Origin: a bacterium
GTDB taxonomy: Bacteria > Patescibacteriota > Patescibacteriia > Patescibacteriales > GWC2-42-12
DNA: 45,233 nucleotides
NCBI GenBank assembly: GCA_030650415.1
Contig: JAUSEG010000012.1
Location: 1 to 45,233 of the forward strand
Direction: 5' to 3'
Part shown: positions 45,017 through 45,233 of the stretch, one piece after another
How the letters are laid out: each line of letters opens with the position of its first letter
How positions within the stretch are numbered: position 1 is the stretch's first letter
Notes under the pieces: generated by a model
Databases searched by the model: none
What the model saw: the letters and a program-made list of their open reading frames with translations, nothing else
Told to the model about the DNA's origin: nothing
Position numbers and translations under genes: made by a program

Positions 45017-45086
45017 TATCATTCCCGCGAAGACGGTAATCCAAAAATTTTAATAGTAACGGATTCCCGCCTTCGCGGGAATGACA
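45017..45086. repeat. CCCGC-type REP-like inverted pair
   Basis: TATCATTCCCGCGAAGACGGTAATCC ... GGATTCCCGCCTTCGCGGGAATGACA. Confidence 0.85.
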
Positions 45087-45098
45087 AATAGTAGGGTT

Positions 45099-45233
45099 AT
45101 TCTTAATTCTTAATTCTTAATTCTTAATTCTTAATTCTTAATTCTTAATTCTTAATTCTTAATTCTTAATTCTTAATTCTTAATTCTTAATTCTTAATTC
45201 TTAATTCTTAATTCTTAATTCTTAATTCTTAAT
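45099..45233. repeat. Perfect (ATTCTTA)n heptamer array, about 19 units, running to the window end
   Basis: Read directly from the sequence. Confidence 0.97.

Overview
AT-rich bacterial chromosomal window. Gene content and style suggest a Patescibacteria/CPR (Parcubacteria-like) genome; this is an inference. Positions 1-10.1 kb are an accessory island with an IS481-like DDE transposase, a YegP-like mini-gene, and a minimal phage-like replicon. That replicon has a lambda-O-like gene with internal 19-bp iteron-like repeats, about 950 bp of densely paired non-coding DNA and two small paralogous ORFs. The island also holds an AEP primase-SF2 helicase fusion, AbiE and HicAB toxin-antitoxin pairs, and two 101-bp att-like direct repeats. 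The rest is mostly housekeeping: uvrB, hisI, a TrpR-like regulator, uvrC, ferredoxin, intein-containing gyrA, ftsK, pyrH/E/F, tRNA-Leu, ppsA, lgt, rpsT, holA and murD. Three signals stand out. (1) Several families of short palindromic and heptamer elements nest inside one another at a near-fixed 24-28 nt offset, sit just upstream of start codons, and insert in frame into at least 8 genes. (2) A candidate histidine attenuator uses the His-His tail of the TrpR-like repressor as its leader peptide. (3) The minimal replicon is accompanied by att-like repeats that encode a conserved peptide. All product calls come from motif recognition by eye; no database searches were run.
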